From the NCBI RefSeq assembly GCF_037042905.1, contig NC_087245.1, positions 7,318,001-7,382,000 of the forward strand: a stretch of DNA of 64,000 nt, written 5' to 3'. Origin of the DNA: Lytechinus pictus (lineage: Eukaryota). Positions 63,256-64,000 of the stretch are shown here, piece by piece (the first letter of the stretch is position 1; every line of letters begins with the position of its first letter). The position numbers and the translations under genes are program-made. The notes below the pieces were generated by a model. That model saw nothing but the letters and a program-made list of their open reading frames with translations. It had not been told where the DNA came from and searched no databases.

Positions 63256-64000
63256 CAGGGGCGGATCCAGCCTTCGCCAATAGGGGGCCCGGAGTTTTTT
63301 TCAGCCATATTTTCCCCGATCGGCCGCTAGCTCGAACATGATTTTTTTTTTTTTTTGAATGGGTAGTCCTAATAGTTCTATTAGCTTTATTCTTATAAAT
63401 CAAAATGAATATATGATATCATATTTATATAATGCGAGCGCGAGCAATTTTTGTTGTTGAAATTTTACGTATTTTTTCCTAAAATTTGAACATTCTAGGC
63501 AAACTTTGATATCCTGAAAAAGATGTGTATGCAACTAAATAATTACTATAAACGCGAAGCGCGAGCAGAAATTTTTGATACACGTACGTTTTGAACTGAT
63601 CGAAAAGATAGGCCTACCTACTGCTTGCAGTTAGCCATGAAGACGTTAAAAATTTTCAACAGTCAAATAATGCGAGCGCCAGGCGCGAGCTGAAAGTTTT
63701 TGACATTTTTACCTAAAGAATGGAAATTCTGAGCACTTTTTGTAACTTAAACAGAATAGATATATAACTTAATAATTGATGCGAAGCGCGAGCGGAAAAT
63801 TTCGAGGTTTTGTAAATCATAAAAAGGAAAAGTAATTGGGAATCTTCCTTACATTGATAATGCGAGCGCAAAGCGCGAGCAGACATTTTTTTAATATACG
63901 TTTTGAACTCATCGAAAAGGTAGGCCCTACCTGTTAAGGACTGCTTGCACTTAGCCATGGAGACGTAAATATTTCAACAATCAAATAATGCGAGCGCGAA
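63256..64000 (+). mobile_element. hAT-like non-autonomous element (CAGGGGCGGATCCAG end) with repeated gcgagcgcgaagcgcgagc motifs; runs off the window
   Basis: Terminal motif at 63256; about 6 copies of the aatgcgagcg..gcgcgagc motif. Confidence 0.6.

Overview
AT-rich animal genomic DNA with GT-AG introns; the HYR/SEA/EGF content suggests an echinoderm such as a sea urchin (inference). About 45 kb (359-45335, + strand) is the 3' part of one giant type-I membrane glycoprotein gene whose 5' end lies upstream of the window. I traced 55 coding exons: 43 consecutive symmetric phase-1 exons each encoding one HYR (hyalin repeat) domain, then SEA-like, EGF, Ca-binding EGF, SEA (FASG^SIKV autoproteolysis-type motif), a split juxtamembrane EGF, a TM helix and a cytoplasmic tail (PPPSY, PYIATGQE) ending ...EPGYF*. 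Exon lengths sum to 12212 nt and keep the frame open throughout (~4070 aa in the window). The architecture is mucin-like, with a folded HYR rod in place of a PTS domain. The HYR array is ordered: diagnostic residues recur every 8 exons in exons 1-30 and every 2 exons in exons 34-43. A second + strand gene (ATG 55066; large exon 55562-58886) encodes a ~1165-aa disordered protein built of repeated [S/T]PxK/R + KR + IESSSE/D modules and poly-Asp tracts. Introns and intergenic DNA hold two minisatellites, a 360-bp tandem duplication of a splice-acceptor region, Helentron-like elements, MITEs, an RTE LINE relic and a cluster of nested inverted repeats. No rRNA, tRNA or CRISPR is supported.
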